Assembly (NCBI RefSeq): GCF_033153115.1
Contig: NW_026889802.1
Location: 248,001-312,000 of the forward strand
Origin: Saccostrea echinata
Taxonomy: Eukaryota
Direction: 5' to 3'
DNA length: 64,000 bases
Numbering within the stretch: position 1 is the first letter of the stretch; each line of letters starts with the position of its first letter. The notes beneath the pieces are model-generated. The model searched no databases. It saw only the letters and a program-made list of their open reading frames with translations, and was not told the DNA's origin. The translations under genes were made by a program, and so were the position numbers. Shown here piece by piece: positions 1 to 13,174 of the stretch.

Positions 1-1022
1 ATAAGCGACAAAAGAACACAGTAACTAAAGCTTTCTTCATTTTCTGTAAAAAAAAAATTGTAGCATTAGGACAAAGAGTCTATATTGATTTTAACAGGAG
101 AAAATAATTTTATTCCACAAGTTGGATTATCCTTTACAGAAATGTAATCTTTGACTCTCATTATAGAATGACAAAAACATACATTCTTCAAAGGGAAAAT
201 GTGTTCTTTCTCCAATGCACTCAGGAATACAGGATCCTCACCTCCTGTATTTTGAATGAAGACATTATGTGGTAAAAGATACATATGCCTATACCTTAAA
301 ATTACCTCAACAAATACATTGCATTAAATTTAAAGAAATATCATTATGAAATCATCTTATTATGTTTTTTTTTCCTTTTTATTTTTTAAAGTTTATCCCA
401 GAAGTTCTGGTAAATGCTAATCATCATCAAAATTGTGTTAGGTGTAATTCTCATCCATGCATGGTTAAATCTAAGTTGATATCAAAACTTTGTAAAAATA
501 ATCTATTAAAAAAAGAGAATGTCTCTTGTAATAACAAAAAAGATGTCCATCGTCAAATCTGTATTATATGCATTTTAACACACATGACACATTGAAAACA
601 AATTTATTTGACACAAACATGTGTCTTTAAGCCTTTTTGGGGTTCAGATGAACTAAAAATAAAAAATATTTACCATCTTGATCAATCTCTTTAGGTTCCT
701 GTCCAGCACCTTTCTTCTTTTTCTTCTTTTTCTTGTCCAAAATGGTTACCTCCACCATGTCTTCTGGAACAGCATGATTGACTTTTTCTAGTGCTCCTTT
801 ACTCTGGCCCTTTGTTGAATCTAATTTGCTATTTGAATTATCAGTCTCCAGTGATGGTTTCTCTCCAATAAAGTCTGTTTCATCTGGACTATTCTGTGTA
901 TTTGACTCCTCTTTGCCATCTTTGGGTGAAGGTCTCTCTTCTGCATCAGAGCCTATTTTCAATATTTTCTTGATATCAAATTCAATTTCACCTGCAGTTA
1001 AAATTTCTTTACTTTCTGCCAT
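1..1022 (-). CDS. 5' part of an unidentified multi-exon protein-coding gene (continues off the window); coding exons 1022..674 and 43..<1
   Basis: ATG at 1022 with an in-frame TGA just upstream and an AG acceptor at 1039-1038. GT donor at 673-672 (phase 1) joins a poly-T/AG acceptor at 45-44 in frame: ...KKKKKKKKGAGQEPKEIDQD-E-NEESFSYCVLLSL. Probable non-coding first exon ends at a donor near 2993. Product not recognised. Confidence 0.7.
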
Positions 1023-1569
1023 ATCTGCTCAATCATTCTAAAAATAGAAAGGTCACAGCATTTTAAAAAAATGTTTACAAAGTTTCTGCAATCTATGTCG
1101 GATTTTAATACATCTTCCTTGAAATAAATAAATACTATCAAGGTCTAATAGACCTTAACCTTCACTTCACTTTAACTATTTGAAGTCCTCATCTCATATT
1201 TGATTCTAAATTCAAATTTAATTATTTTAAGACAGGTGCAAATTTTTAAATTTATTTTTTCAAAAGGCATTCCATATAGTTCTGTCAAGAAAGTCTCAAC
1301 ATAATGAAGGGTGCTGTGATGTGAGGCCATTCAGCACAAAAAGAGAATCCTGAAAATACTTTGGCAATAGTTGACCCTTGTTCTTTCTATGCTTGAGTAT
1401 GGGAAAAGTTGATCAGTTGACATACAACATGTAAGTTACACAACCAGTAAAACATCATAACTATAAATGAATTGCACCTATTGCCTTAAGAGTTATCATC
1501 TTGCTGTTGCCTTCATGTGTAATCTCTTTTTGAAATATAGTGATAAGTTTCTACACAGCTCATCCCAGC

Positions 1570-2310
1570 TACAACTATCATCTGTAGTGGAGGAATTCAA
1601 GGTATACCAATGTGTTGCCTAGTCATGACACTGAGGGACTAGGCAGATGTCAAAGTTCCTAGGGCAGGCATCAAAACAAATACAGGAAGGACAGTGGTAG
1701 ACATCAACATCAGTGGACCATGAAGACAAGAACTTTCAGGTACAGGATATTATAAGAAAATTGTACCGAGAGGCAAAATGTCATGTGCCAATGACACACT
1801 TCCAGAAGTCATCAAAAGCAACAGCTTCAGAAAGGTAAAGCATGGTTCAAACAGAAGTGAGACATACTGAGGATGCCCATATGAAAGTGAAAGCAACAGA
1901 GTATGAATGAAGTGGGAATTAGCAGAGAGAAAGCTGACAGGATCAAAATTAAAGAGGGAAGATCAGTTCAAGTGTTGCTTTCTTGTTGAGGTCTCTTACT
2001 CTCTAGTCTCTAGGCAGTAGGTCTGTTACTCTCTAGTCTCTAGGCAGTAGGTCTGTTACTCTCTAGTCTCTAGGCAGTAGGTCTCTCACTCTCTAGTCTC
2101 TAGGCAGTAGGTCTCTCATTCTCTAATCTCTAACCAGTAGGTCTCTCACTCTCTAGTCTCTTACTCTCTAGTCTCTAAGCAGTAGCTAGGTCTCCTACTA
2201 GGTCCCTTAGTGGATTGCCACCACTACTAACTCTCCAAATGGAGGATGTTATGGTCTTGGGTTGAAACATCTTAAAAAGGTTGGCGACCATCTGATGACA
2301 ACTGGAACCA
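1570..2310 (+). mobile_element. Highly degraded non-LTR retrotransposon fragment (possibly R2/Hero-like)
   Basis: Residual peptide motifs VVEEFKV (~1584) and TGR.W (~1682) amid stops and frameshifts; interrupted by a minisatellite. Confidence 0.35.
1990..2190. repeat. 30-bp minisatellite (gtctcttactctctagtctctaggcagtag), ~6 copies
   Basis: Directly visible tandem units. Confidence 0.9.
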
Positions 2311-2993
2311 ACAGAGGAATACAAGGAGTGGATACAAGGTATGGACCTACATGCTGAAACTTAAATCAGTATAATACCATTCTCTGTTAATGCACATTCA
2401 TATGGAATTATGGGCCAAGTTCAAGTCCTTTTAATCAATAGAGTTAAAGAATGGTGACAGACATAACTCCAGCCTTAGCTTTAGATTATCATTGCAAATA
2501 AACCAGTGCTAAATCAGGAAACTAAACAAGTTTGCTACTTCATTCTCAAGTAAAGGCATAACAGAAACACATTGCAAATAACTAAAATATCAAAAGGTAG
2601 CAGAATGTGGAGCGCAAAAAATATTGACTGACATTTGTGGTTCAAAATGAATTCAAGCTAGGATTTGGTGCTTAGACATGGTAATATCTGAAGATGTACT
2701 TTGATCTAAACTGTAAAAATGAAAGTAAAGGGTAAAAATAAACAAATATTCAAGATGTGCCTTTTGAATAAAATAGACATGACTTTTCCATTTACAGAAT
2801 ATACCCACTTACTTCTAAAACTGCAATTTAAAACAATTTGTCAATATTTTCTACAGACGTATATATACACAGTATGTCATGTCTTCCACGAAATTTTAAA
2901 AGAAATAAAAATCGACAATACTATGGGCGCTGACATATTTGACAATGAATTGTGGGAAATAAAATTCTAACATTGAAAAAAATAGAATATTAC

Positions 2994-3242
2994 CTCGTTT
3001 AATACATCAATTATGACTCTTATATTAATATTGAATTGCTGAAAAAACTTTATTGATTGAGTATTAATAAAGAAATTAAGATTTACACAAAAAGAAATGA
3101 AATTTACGAAACTGTGGTTCGCCTCAAAAAACTGTTTCCATTTGTCGTGAAAACTGTCATGTAGCTGAGATGTAGGGGGTTTAAATATATTTCTTACGTT
3201 ATTTCTCTCACAAATGTGCAAGTATTTGCTTACTAGAAAAAC
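2994..3242. promoter_or_regulatory. Probable compact bidirectional promoter / 5' UTR region shared by REXO1 and the minus-strand gene
   Basis: A minus-strand donor-like site (GAG|GTAATA) at ~2993 lies only ~250 bp from the REXO1 ATG at 3243; the region is locally CpG-richer. Confidence 0.45.
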
Positions 3243-6200
3243 ATGTTCTCCAGCGGGGGGTATTTCCGCGGTTTCAACTGTCCTTTTTTCGCCAGTGGAC
3301 TTTGTGAACGTCCATATTGCCACTACCGACATGTGAAGACAGAGGAAGGTAGCAGAAAGACTTGTTTTCTTGTATATTTCGGTGGAAAAAGTGTCTTAAA
3401 ATAATAAATGATATGCTTTGATATCTTTCTGTATTAATTTATCTCAAATTCAGAAAACCATGCTATTGACAAAAATTGCCATTTAGATATTTTAGAAGGG
3501 GGTCAAGTTTCATGTTTATCAGGTCCAGCACAATCTCTTGATTTAGCTATATAGCTTGAAAAAGCTATATAGCTTTATTAACCTATTCAAAATAGCTTGA
3601 TAAAGCTATTTATGTGCAGTTTTTCAGAAAAATGTGTTTTGTAAGAAATAGACAAAAAGTCGCAAGTATTTGACTATTCATATATGTACTATGGGCTATC
3701 AAAACAACAACCTAATTCAAAGATGGTTCTAACATTGCAGCATTTGAATACTTTTAAGCAAAAGATGAATTTCCATTGTTTGAGTAACTGTAGACCACCT
3801 TGTGTGCGTTGAGGCATGGATAAGTATGATTGCTTCTCATTGTACTGAATTATTACCAATCAATTATCTTGTTGACCATAATTGGCCTCTTTTATAATTT
3901 CAATGAAGAAGTAACTGTATCAATTGCTTTATATAGCCCCAAAACTTTTAGAACTTGGAGTACAAAGTCTCTTAAGGAGACGTAATTTGATGAGTGATTT
4001 TTACATGCATTATTTTCAGAAGAGTTCAAGGTTGAATATTATCACTGCACCAAGGTGCGACTTTTTGTGCATGCTGAGAAAATAACACATTTAAGAAAAA
4101 AGTGTGATAAAATAGCTAAATCAAGCTATTCTGAATAGCTTAATAAAGCTATATAGCTTTTTCAAGCTATATAGCTAAATCAAGAAATTGTGCCGGACCT
4201 GTTTATTGCTCAGTAAATTATGATTTAACAGGTAAATTCTCAAAATCTGAATTTTGGTATTTTGGGAGAGTCATATCAAGAATGTTTAAAAAAGCAAGAT
4301 TATGCAGTAAATTTTGGAAGCCACATGAATTTGAAAATCATCTAGGCCTGTTATTGAATATTTGCTGACTGTTGAAAGATTCCTTCTTAAATTAGCAACT
4401 GGCACAACTTGAAATATTGCTCAAAAGAAGCCTCATTTAGAGACTAGGAGTAAATTTGATTAATACCTTCATTTCATTTTGAGTGATGCAGCTTCATTTC
4501 TCCATTTAAATGAATAGAAAATTTCTACTTGGTTGAGATGTTATCATGTATGTCAATCAGGAATACAATGTCAAACGTTTCGATAGCCAAATACAAATGG
4601 TGTTCTTATCTTTCAGAGAAGCCCCAAAGTAAAGCTGCAGGCAGTGGATATTCAGATGCACAGATTGATTGTAACTGGACAACTGGAAGTGGACCATCTG
4701 GTTTAAAAGGGGAACCAGTTAAAGTAAATAAATACACCGGGGAACCAGAGGTTCCAACCCCAGAAAGGACAGATGTGCAGGTGTCACAGGAGCAAGATAA
4801 TGTCAACAAGTACACCGGGGAACCAATGGTGGCCCAGTCATCAGATGAATATGTTGTGGAAGTGAATTCAAATTGTAAAAAATACAAACCAACAGATAAG
4901 AATTATAATGGAGAACTGGTGGTGGCTCAGTCATTAAATGAATATACAGTTGAAGTGAATTCAGATTGCAAGAAGTATAATCCAACAGACAAAAATTATG
5001 ATGGGGGACAAATGGTAACCCAGCCATCTAATGAATACACAGTAGAAGTGAATTCAAATTGTAAGAAATACAGACCAACTGATAAAAAGTCACTTAAGTC
5101 TCAAAGACCAAAATTACAAATACACAAACCTGTTCATAAAGTAAACAAGTACACTGGTGAACCAGTAGTTGACATTGTTGACAAACAAACATATACCCCA
5201 GAAGCGAAAGATTTCCCCGAATATAACCCCACTCCCATCAATCAGTTAAAACCTAGTCTCTCCAAATATCAAGCAGGCACATTGGAAAATGAAAATGAGC
5301 AAGAATATGATCCACAGAGTAATTTTTCTACAACATGCTTACTTAAACCCTCTCAGCCAATGGCTATTAAAAGAACTTTTACCTATGACCCCACCACACC
5401 AGAATTCAATCACCCTGCCAAAAGAGCCAAAGGAGATGTAGAAGAAGCAATGCCAGACTATGACAAAGATGAAAGTGATGATGGAGAAATGGGAATGTTC
5501 AGCGAAGATGATGAAGAAGAAGAAATTAGACTTCCAACACTGGAAGATGATGATAGTTCTGACGACAAGGAGGAAGATTCATCGAAACCTTCCATAATTA
5601 CTGATGTGAAAGTGTTTGAAAATTTGCTTTTACCAGTTATGGATCATGACAACAACAGTAATGAAACTTCAAGTGATACAAAGAAGAAGTTATCAGAGTC
5701 AGGGAAAAAGTCTCGCTCTGAAACAAAAGACCATGCCAAAAAAGTCAGAACAAGGGAAAATTCTTCAAATCATGAAAAAATATCATCAAAATCTATTGTC
5801 AGTAATGAAACAAAGAAAAATGGACATTCACATAAAGAAAGAGCCAGTACAAAACTTGACTCATCAAAATCCTCAAAACACAGTTCATCCTCAAAATCTA
5901 GAGAAAATTCCTCATCTAGGGCATCTTCAAGCAAATCCTCTGTAAAAGGCTCCACAAAGCCAGCTGAGAAACAAAGCTCCTCTCATTCCTCCACCCCCGA
6001 CAAATCATCCCACAAACACTCTCGTCACAAATCTTCTACATCTTCCTCCTCCAAACACATATCCTCCTCCAAACACAAATCATCCAGTGAAAAAGAGACC
6101 CCAAAAAAGCACTCCTCCTCCTCCTCACAACAAAAACATGAGCACAGTAAACATTCGGCACGTGATAAAAGTTCTACTAAGCAAGACCATCATAAACATT

Positions 6201-7633
6201 CTGGTGACAAAAAGAAAGAACAATCTGGGAAGGTGCGTGAAAAACATGAATCCAGTGGGCATAGTAAACATGAATCAAGATCAAAAAGTTCAAAGGAGAC
6301 TTCTAAGGACTCCATGAAAGGAGAGAACAAGAAAAGGGATAGATCAGTTTCATTGGATAGTAATGGGTCCAAAAGGAAGATACTAGATATCAATTTAGAC
6401 TTGTTTGGTGTGGACAGTGATGAGGATGATATTCCTCCTCTAATCAGTGATGAGGAGGAAGATCCGTACGAGGAATGTCTGAGGATTTATAATGAAAGTA
6501 ATGTCTCCAAACCATCACCCAAGAAAAAAAGTCGAAGTGAAAGGGTAAATATGCATTGAAGTTATTTGATCATGTTAAAGTAAAGTGCTGTAGACATCCA
6601 GAGAAAAACGAAGTTTTAACAAAAAAACTTATGTTAAACGATGCAGAATATTTTATGATATTAACTTTATTGATATTATGAAGTTCAGTACACCAATCCA
6701 CTTTGTATATATATGTTTATATATTTATATTTGGATTAATTTTCAGAGTATCAGTGAAACTGATCAGTCTGAGAGTGTGAGTATCCCAGGTAAAAAGAGG
6801 ACTGCCCACAAAGGAAGCAAAGAGGTATGTGACATCAACTTTTATCATACTCTTATCTGAATTCAAATCATGCAACCATGAAGATGCTATTTGAAGTAAG
6901 AGGTACTCATAATTGTAACTGTTGATTAATAATTTATAGGTGACGAGGAAAATTCCAGAGAAACCCCATACTAAGTTGTCCCCAGCTCAGATCATGCACA
7001 ACAGATTTGTTATGATGCAGAAACAGGCCCAAGAAGAGGCTGGAAGATCTGTAAGTTCAACATTGAATAATTAAATACTAGTAATCTTAATGTACAGAGT
7101 TAAAGATATTTCATGGTGGTCCAGTTAATATGATTCAGCTAATTATATGTAATTATACTGACTGCCAGGAAGTGGTTGGTGTTTTAAGTGGTAGCTTGAT
7201 GTTTGCAAATTGATTGTTTAAAGCCAGCATTGAATTATACCTTATTTCAGATTTCATAAATTTTCATGAAAGCAGATGTTTGGAATACCATTGAACCAAT
7301 AAAATGTGGCTGAAAAATTATTTAAAAAATTAAATCTTTTTTTAGATGCTAATTTTTTATTACATTTTACAACAGCAGGAAGCTTCAACATCATCCTCAT
7401 CTGGAAAACAGAGGGTTGCTCATCAAAGTAACGTAAATCAGAAAGTAAAGAATGGGAGAGAGGGGACCAAAGGGGTGAATGGTAAAACCATTGTCTCCAC
7501 GGCGTCCAAAACGGAGAAACGCACAGCTCATGTACCTAATGTGGTAAGATAAACCTTATATCAAACCAAGACAGAAAAAAATCATGGATTTCTCTCTTTC
7601 TCTCTCTATCTTCTTCGCTCTCTCCTCCACTCC

Positions 7634-7665
<32 letters not shown>

Positions 7666-10600
7666 GTATATGGAAAGAATGGTGATTTCAAATTGGAACC
7701 TTCTTCTTGCAGAAGAATATAAGGCGGCCAACGATTCCAGCAGAATATGGCAGCAAGGTCCCAATCAGTGTGAGGCAGCGATATCTCAACACAATTATTG
7801 ATGAATGTCTGCCTCTTTATAATAATGAAGAGGATGCTTTTAAGAGGGTATTTATTATTCACTTTAGATTTAGAATATATGCTTATTCACTTGTAGTGTT
7901 TGTTGTGTTTAGGCAGACCTAACGGTCTTTGTTTCTGTATATATATGCTAAATCATAATGAGAATACACTTAGAATACCATACAATATACTTTTTATTAT
8001 GTTACTGACAGGGTTTAGAGGAAGAACTCTCAGTGTACAAAAGAGCCAGTAACAAAAATGTCTACCTTAATGTTGCATGTAACACAATCAAAAGACTTCG
8101 AACAGAGGCAGCAGAGCTTACTGCTTCTCCAACAAAACCTACTTCCCCTCTGAAAATGTCACATGAAGCAGTGTTAGGAGGCAAAAATGCAACCAAGACA
8201 ACTTACACTCTTAACAGATCAGGGGGCTCAACAAAAGGACCCATCGAAAACTTCAAAGGTACATTTTACCTTGGTTATTGGACAACAAAATTTACTCTGT
8301 AAATCTTTGTCCTTTTTTGCACTACTGATTGAATTGCTTATTGGTATTGTTTGTCATACATTTTATGTGCTTGCCTCTATGTAAACAATTTTTGAAATTG
8401 GCATTCCTCAGTCTGGTCTGATTTCATTGGTACAAAAGTAGACCAGGTTTAATTAGCATAATTCACTCTGTCCAATGAACGCAGTATTCATGGTCACTTA
8501 GAATAATTCATAAATAATTTTAAATGCTACTTTTACATACATGTAATTGTATATGTATTGATTTTTTAAAATTTAATAAAAAGTGACACTATAATTCCTA
8601 AAGAACTGAAGAAACCATTCAAGTGCATGTACATGTATTTCAAAAGGATGTGAAGGAACAAGTATTTTGGGGAGAAATAAAAAAAATTTTAGTTTTAAAT
8701 TAAGCTTGCCCTGAGCTACAGTCTCAGCAGAGATTTAATTTCAATTTTCAGGGAGTGAATTTTATAACAGACTTGCTAGGTACATAATGACAGAGGAACA
8801 GCTTCAGGAGAACGGCTTTCCCCGACCAGATAGTGAGAACAGCTCAGTAGCCAAAATATACACAGTCAGCCAACAGGAACAGAATAGTGCCAAACTTAAA
8901 AGTAAGTAAAAAAAATCTGCTAGATTTCCAAAAATAACATAGAAAAAAAAAATATTTCTCCTATCCCTTTGCCCATACATATATGTCAGGCTCATATTAA
9001 TCATCATTTTGACACCTGGAATTTGCATTAAATTTGACATGGTTATTTTCAGCGTATGAGAAAATTTGTGTGCGATGCGGGAAGCGATTTATGGTGTTTC
9101 CAAATGGGACATATGCACATCAGGAGGAGTGTAGTTATCATTGGGGGAAAGCCTGGAAAAAGAAAAGTGAGGGGCGTTTTATAAAGGCAGTGCTAATATG
9201 ACCATCATTAAAAATGGTTACATTACTTTGCTTAACTTAATGTTATGGTGTAAAACAAAATTTAATTGGAATAATCTTTCTCTTTCAGTTGCTGGGTATA
9301 TTGAAACTAGATATACTTGTTGTCAAGGGGATTTAGGGACAGAAGGTTGTCAAATTGCTAAGGTACACCGTTAAAGTTCTGTAACCTGTAGTGTACAAGT
9401 TAACAATTTCATAAGACTTGAAGACTTTTCATGCAATACTGCTTTAAACGTTGTTGAAAAAAGGGAAAAATCCCTTAAAGTTTGCATATAAATTATTACA
9501 ATCACTGATCTCTTGCCAACATTTACTATTAGTGATATTGGAAGTGTTTATTGCAGTGCCATGTTCATGAGACAAACAAGTGGGAGAATCGTACAGGTTA
9601 CATGAGGACCCTCCCGTGTTCCCCCGTCCCTGATGGAGATTATGGAGTGTATGCCATGGACTGTGAAATGGTGAGGCCATCATATCACCCCGAGATATTT
9701 ATTTACAATTCATGATTATAATGTAAAGATTATAGTAACTGTGTACAAATATTCTTTGTTTTAGGTGTACACTCAGGGTGGTGTGGAGCTCGCTAGAGTT
9801 ACTGTGACAGATTGTGAGAACAACTCAGTATATGAGACCTTGGTGAGACCAGATAGAAAAATCATAGATTACAACACAAGGTACTAGTCCATTTTGATTT
9901 GTAGGTGTGTTGAAATGATAAGCAACAAGTATGATTTTTTAGTTGACTTTTTCAGTGTAGGAAGGTTGAAGCTCATATAGGCACATTTGGTTTGCATGAA
10001 GGCTATGTCAGTACTAAAGGAAAAATTAAATTTTCATTCAATTCAGTTGAAATTAGTTTTGTAGAAGAAGACACAATAACTTTGATTCCATGTAGAGGAG
10101 TATTTTGTTATGCATTTTTTAATGTTTTTGTAGCTAGATTAACAGTTCTTTACTTTAAATATGTGATATCCTGGCCATATCCTGGGACTATGTTGCTTTA
10201 TGTTTAGTTATCCTTAGTTTTATCCAAAGTTTTAGTGGGCCATGTTGTTGTTGAGTTACCTTAGTTTTGTATACAGGTTCATTAAGTCATGTTGTAATTG
10301 GTTATCCTTGTTGACAGGTTTAGTGGGATCACTAAGGATGATATGGTTGAAGTAACTACAAACATCAGGGATGTCCAGGCAGTTCTGCTCAGTCTCTTCA
10401 CAGAGAAAACCATTCTGATTGGACACAGCCTGGAAAGTGACCTTGCAGCTGTCAAGGTCAGTGTTACTGTCTTCCAGTGAAGGTCATTTTCACCTCTAAA
10501 TACATTTTCTGTGAAATACTGTTGTCTTAAATACATTTTCCACATCATTTTAATGTATCAAAATATTTTGCATTTTGTGTCAGATCATTATGATCAATAA

Positions 10601-11848
10601 CAGCTGATGGATGAAATTGTTACACATTCTCTATTTACCCCAAGAGAGATTTTCATCGAAATTTTTTTGCCTTTAGTAAAATACATATTTTTTTGTTTTA
10701 AAATATTTTGTATTAAATTTTTTGATTAAATTATGAAAATGCGAGTAAACCCTAAGGAACCACAAAAAAAAAAAAAATCAGAAGATAAACAGAAGTGGCA
10801 AAACAGTCTTTAGAAAAGCATATAATAATGATAAAAAATAATCCCACAATTATGGTTTTAACTAGTAATATTTTCAGACTGTTACCTGCAGGTCCACTAT
10901 ATTCAGAATTTTAGTTGTGACTGGTAACAATTTCCAACATTTCAATTTGCAGCAAATTCATCTGATTAGTTGATAATTCTTAAGTCGACATGTAAATTAG
11001 TGAAGTCATTGGAAAGGTCATGTCACAAGTCATTTAGAATACTCATTTCCTATGGTATGAAAGATAAGGGAATGTTTCTCACGCCACCATTCAACTGAAC
11101 ACTATGCATTAATCGTTGGCGAAATATTTATTGCCATGCAGTGTGTACAGACTTTCACATCTAAAGACTTTTTCATGGTCTCTTCTTCAGTTAATGTACA
11201 TATAAATACACATAACCAGCTGGTGTAATTAATAAGAAAATATTTGGAGTATTAATGACAGTAAATAATTTTTCCTTCAATTTTTATTTTGAATAAAGTA
11301 TCTGATGGACAATGAAAATGCATATTATGTTTTATTTTCAGATTATACATGATACAGTGGTAGATACATCAGTAGTGTTTCCTCATCGCCTTGGGCCTCC
11401 CTATAAAAGGGCCCTCAAAACACTGATGGCAGAATATATGAAGAAAATTATTCAAGACGATGGTAAGTCTGTTATGGTTGTAACACGAACCAGTAATATT
11501 CAAGGTTAATTTATTTGAATGTAAAAAATTAGCATGCACTGGGTGTCAAATTTTATCGTATTAAGATACATGTACATGTAGGAATATAAAAATTGTAAAA
11601 TTCAGAGATATTCCAGAGAGCAGTATGATTGTCTCTACCTGAAACTTACATTAAATTATTACTTCAATTAACATCTTCTTTAAAATGTGACTTAAATAAT
11701 TACAAACACACTACAGTATATATTAATGTTGTTCTTCTTCTGTCTAATAGTGGGAGGCCATGACAGTCAAGAGGATGCCATTTCCTGTATGGAGTTGATG
11801 CAGTGGCGTGTTAAAGAAGATGCTCGAAAAGAACCAAGATGTAGCTGA
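3243..11848 (+). CDS. REXO1: RNA exonuclease 1 homolog (Elongin A-binding protein 1-like), 15 coding exons, 1232 aa
   Basis: Exons: 3243-3348, 4617-6544, 6747-6824, 6940-7050, 7376-7543, 7713-7847, 8012-8258, 8752-8901, 9053-9166, 9289-9362, 9557-9670, 9765-9880, 10318-10456, 11342-11462, 11751-11848. All introns are GT-AG with consistent phases; total 3699 nt. N-terminus [29 protein letters not shown] motifs, KVP..VRQRYLN, Cys-rich C.RCG..C.YHWG..CC, and DEDDh motifs AMDCEM / GHSLESDL / HDSQEDA. Confidence 0.95.
3520..4201. mobile_element. Non-autonomous TIR element (MITE) in REXO1 intron 1
   Basis: ~90-bp imperfect TIRs CAGGTCC.GCACAAT.TCTTGATTTAGCTATATAGC..., rich in AGCTAT subrepeats; flanked by direct repeat TTTAT (3515-3519 / 4202-4206). 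Confidence 0.85.
7590..7665. repeat. (CT)n microsatellite in REXO1 intron 5
   Basis: Visible CT-rich run. Confidence 0.9.
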
Positions 11849-11874
11849 TTCCTGTAAAATAGAATCTCACTGAT

Positions 11875-12080
11875 TGTAAACAGTCAAAAAACTGCTGCAG
11901 TTTCTGTAAGCAATTAAAAAACAGCCACAGTTTCTGTAAGCAGTCGAAAAACAGCCACAGTTTCCGTAAACAGTCGAAAAACAGCCACAGTTTCTGTGAA
12001 CAGTCAAAAAAACAGCTGTAGTATCTGTAAACAGTTGAAAAAATGCCATTGTTCCTATAAACAGTCTAAAAACTGCCACA
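11875..12080. repeat. ~30-bp minisatellite (gtaaacagtcraaaaacagccacagtttct), ~7 copies, just after the REXO1 stop
   Basis: Directly visible tandem units. Confidence 0.9.
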
Positions 12081-12375
12081 TGAAACTGGTAGGCTTTAGA
12101 ACAGAAAATGAAAGAAAAGTGAATAAGGATTGTTGTCAGTATTAACTCGCAGGATCTTATAGAAATAATGATGTATACATGTAGAATGCTGGGAAGATCT
12201 TTGTGTTAAATGTAGTGATATTGAACTGTATAGTACTTAACAGTATTAGTGTTTTATTTATATATTGTTCACTCTCTGGGAGCATGGTGTTATTGTATGG
12301 AGAATTCCTTCCTTTTGCAATTCTTAGAAGTAAAACAAGAACAATTTGTAAAATGAAAAAAAATTGTGCAATTCA

Positions 12376-12377
<2 letters not shown>

Positions 12378-12423
<46 letters not shown>

Positions 12424-12484
12424 CGTTGTCCGTCCGTCTGTCTGTCCGTCCATCCATCTGTCCGTCCGTCTGTAAACTTTTCAC

Positions 12485-12521
<37 letters not shown>

Positions 12522-13174
12522 TAACCAAACTTAGTGCAAAGCAACCTTGGATGAAGGGGAGTTTAAATTGTTAAAATGAAGGGCCAAGTCCCCTTCAAAG
12601 GGGAGATAATCAAGAAAGTACAAAAATTGGGTGGGGTCATTAAGAAATCTTTTCTCAAGAACCACGGGCCAGAATAGCTGAAACTTATCTGGAAGCATCC
12701 TAAGGTGGTGTAGATTCTAAATTGTTCAGATCATGACTCCCGGGGTAGGGCGGGGCCACAATAGGGAATCCAAGTTTTACATTGAAATATATAGGAAAAA
12801 TCTTCTTCTCAAGAACCACTGGGCCAGAAAAGCTGAAACTTATGTGGAAGCATGCTGGGGTAGTGTAGATTCTAAATTCTTCAAATCATGACCCCCGGGG
12901 GTAGGGCGGGGCCACAATAGGGAATCCAAGTTTTATATTGAAATATATAGGAAAACTCTTTTAAAATCTTCTTCTCAAGAACCACCGGGCCAGATAAGCT
13001 GAAACTTACTTGGAAGCATCCTGGGGTAGTGTAGATTCCAATTGTTCAAATCATGACCCCTGGGGTAGGGAGGGGCCACAATAAGTACTACGGAGGGGGG
13101 GGGAGAGAAATCAGGTGAAAAACAGCAAGACCAAAGTTACTCAGGTGAGCGCTGTGGCCCATGGGCCTCTTGTT
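12378..13174 (+). mobile_element. Helentron-associated non-autonomous element (HINE/DINE-1-like) carrying a ~160-bp satellite array
   Basis: T-rich insertion site; 5' subTIR TAGCTCACCTGAG plus hairpin; (GTCC/GTCT)n microsatellite; 4 tandem ~160-bp units starting cttctcaagaaccac; 3' subTIR CTCAGGTGAGC and terminal palindrome GGCCCATGGGCC. Confidence 0.9.

Noticed and set aside
2967-3332. 121-aa minus-strand ORF
   Set aside because: Antisense to REXO1 exon 1 and running through AT-rich promoter DNA; no recognisable protein features.
4529-4616. N-terminal extension of the 676-aa ORF
   Set aside because: Intronic read-through from a TTG; the real exon begins at the acceptor at 4617 and joins the conserved first exon.
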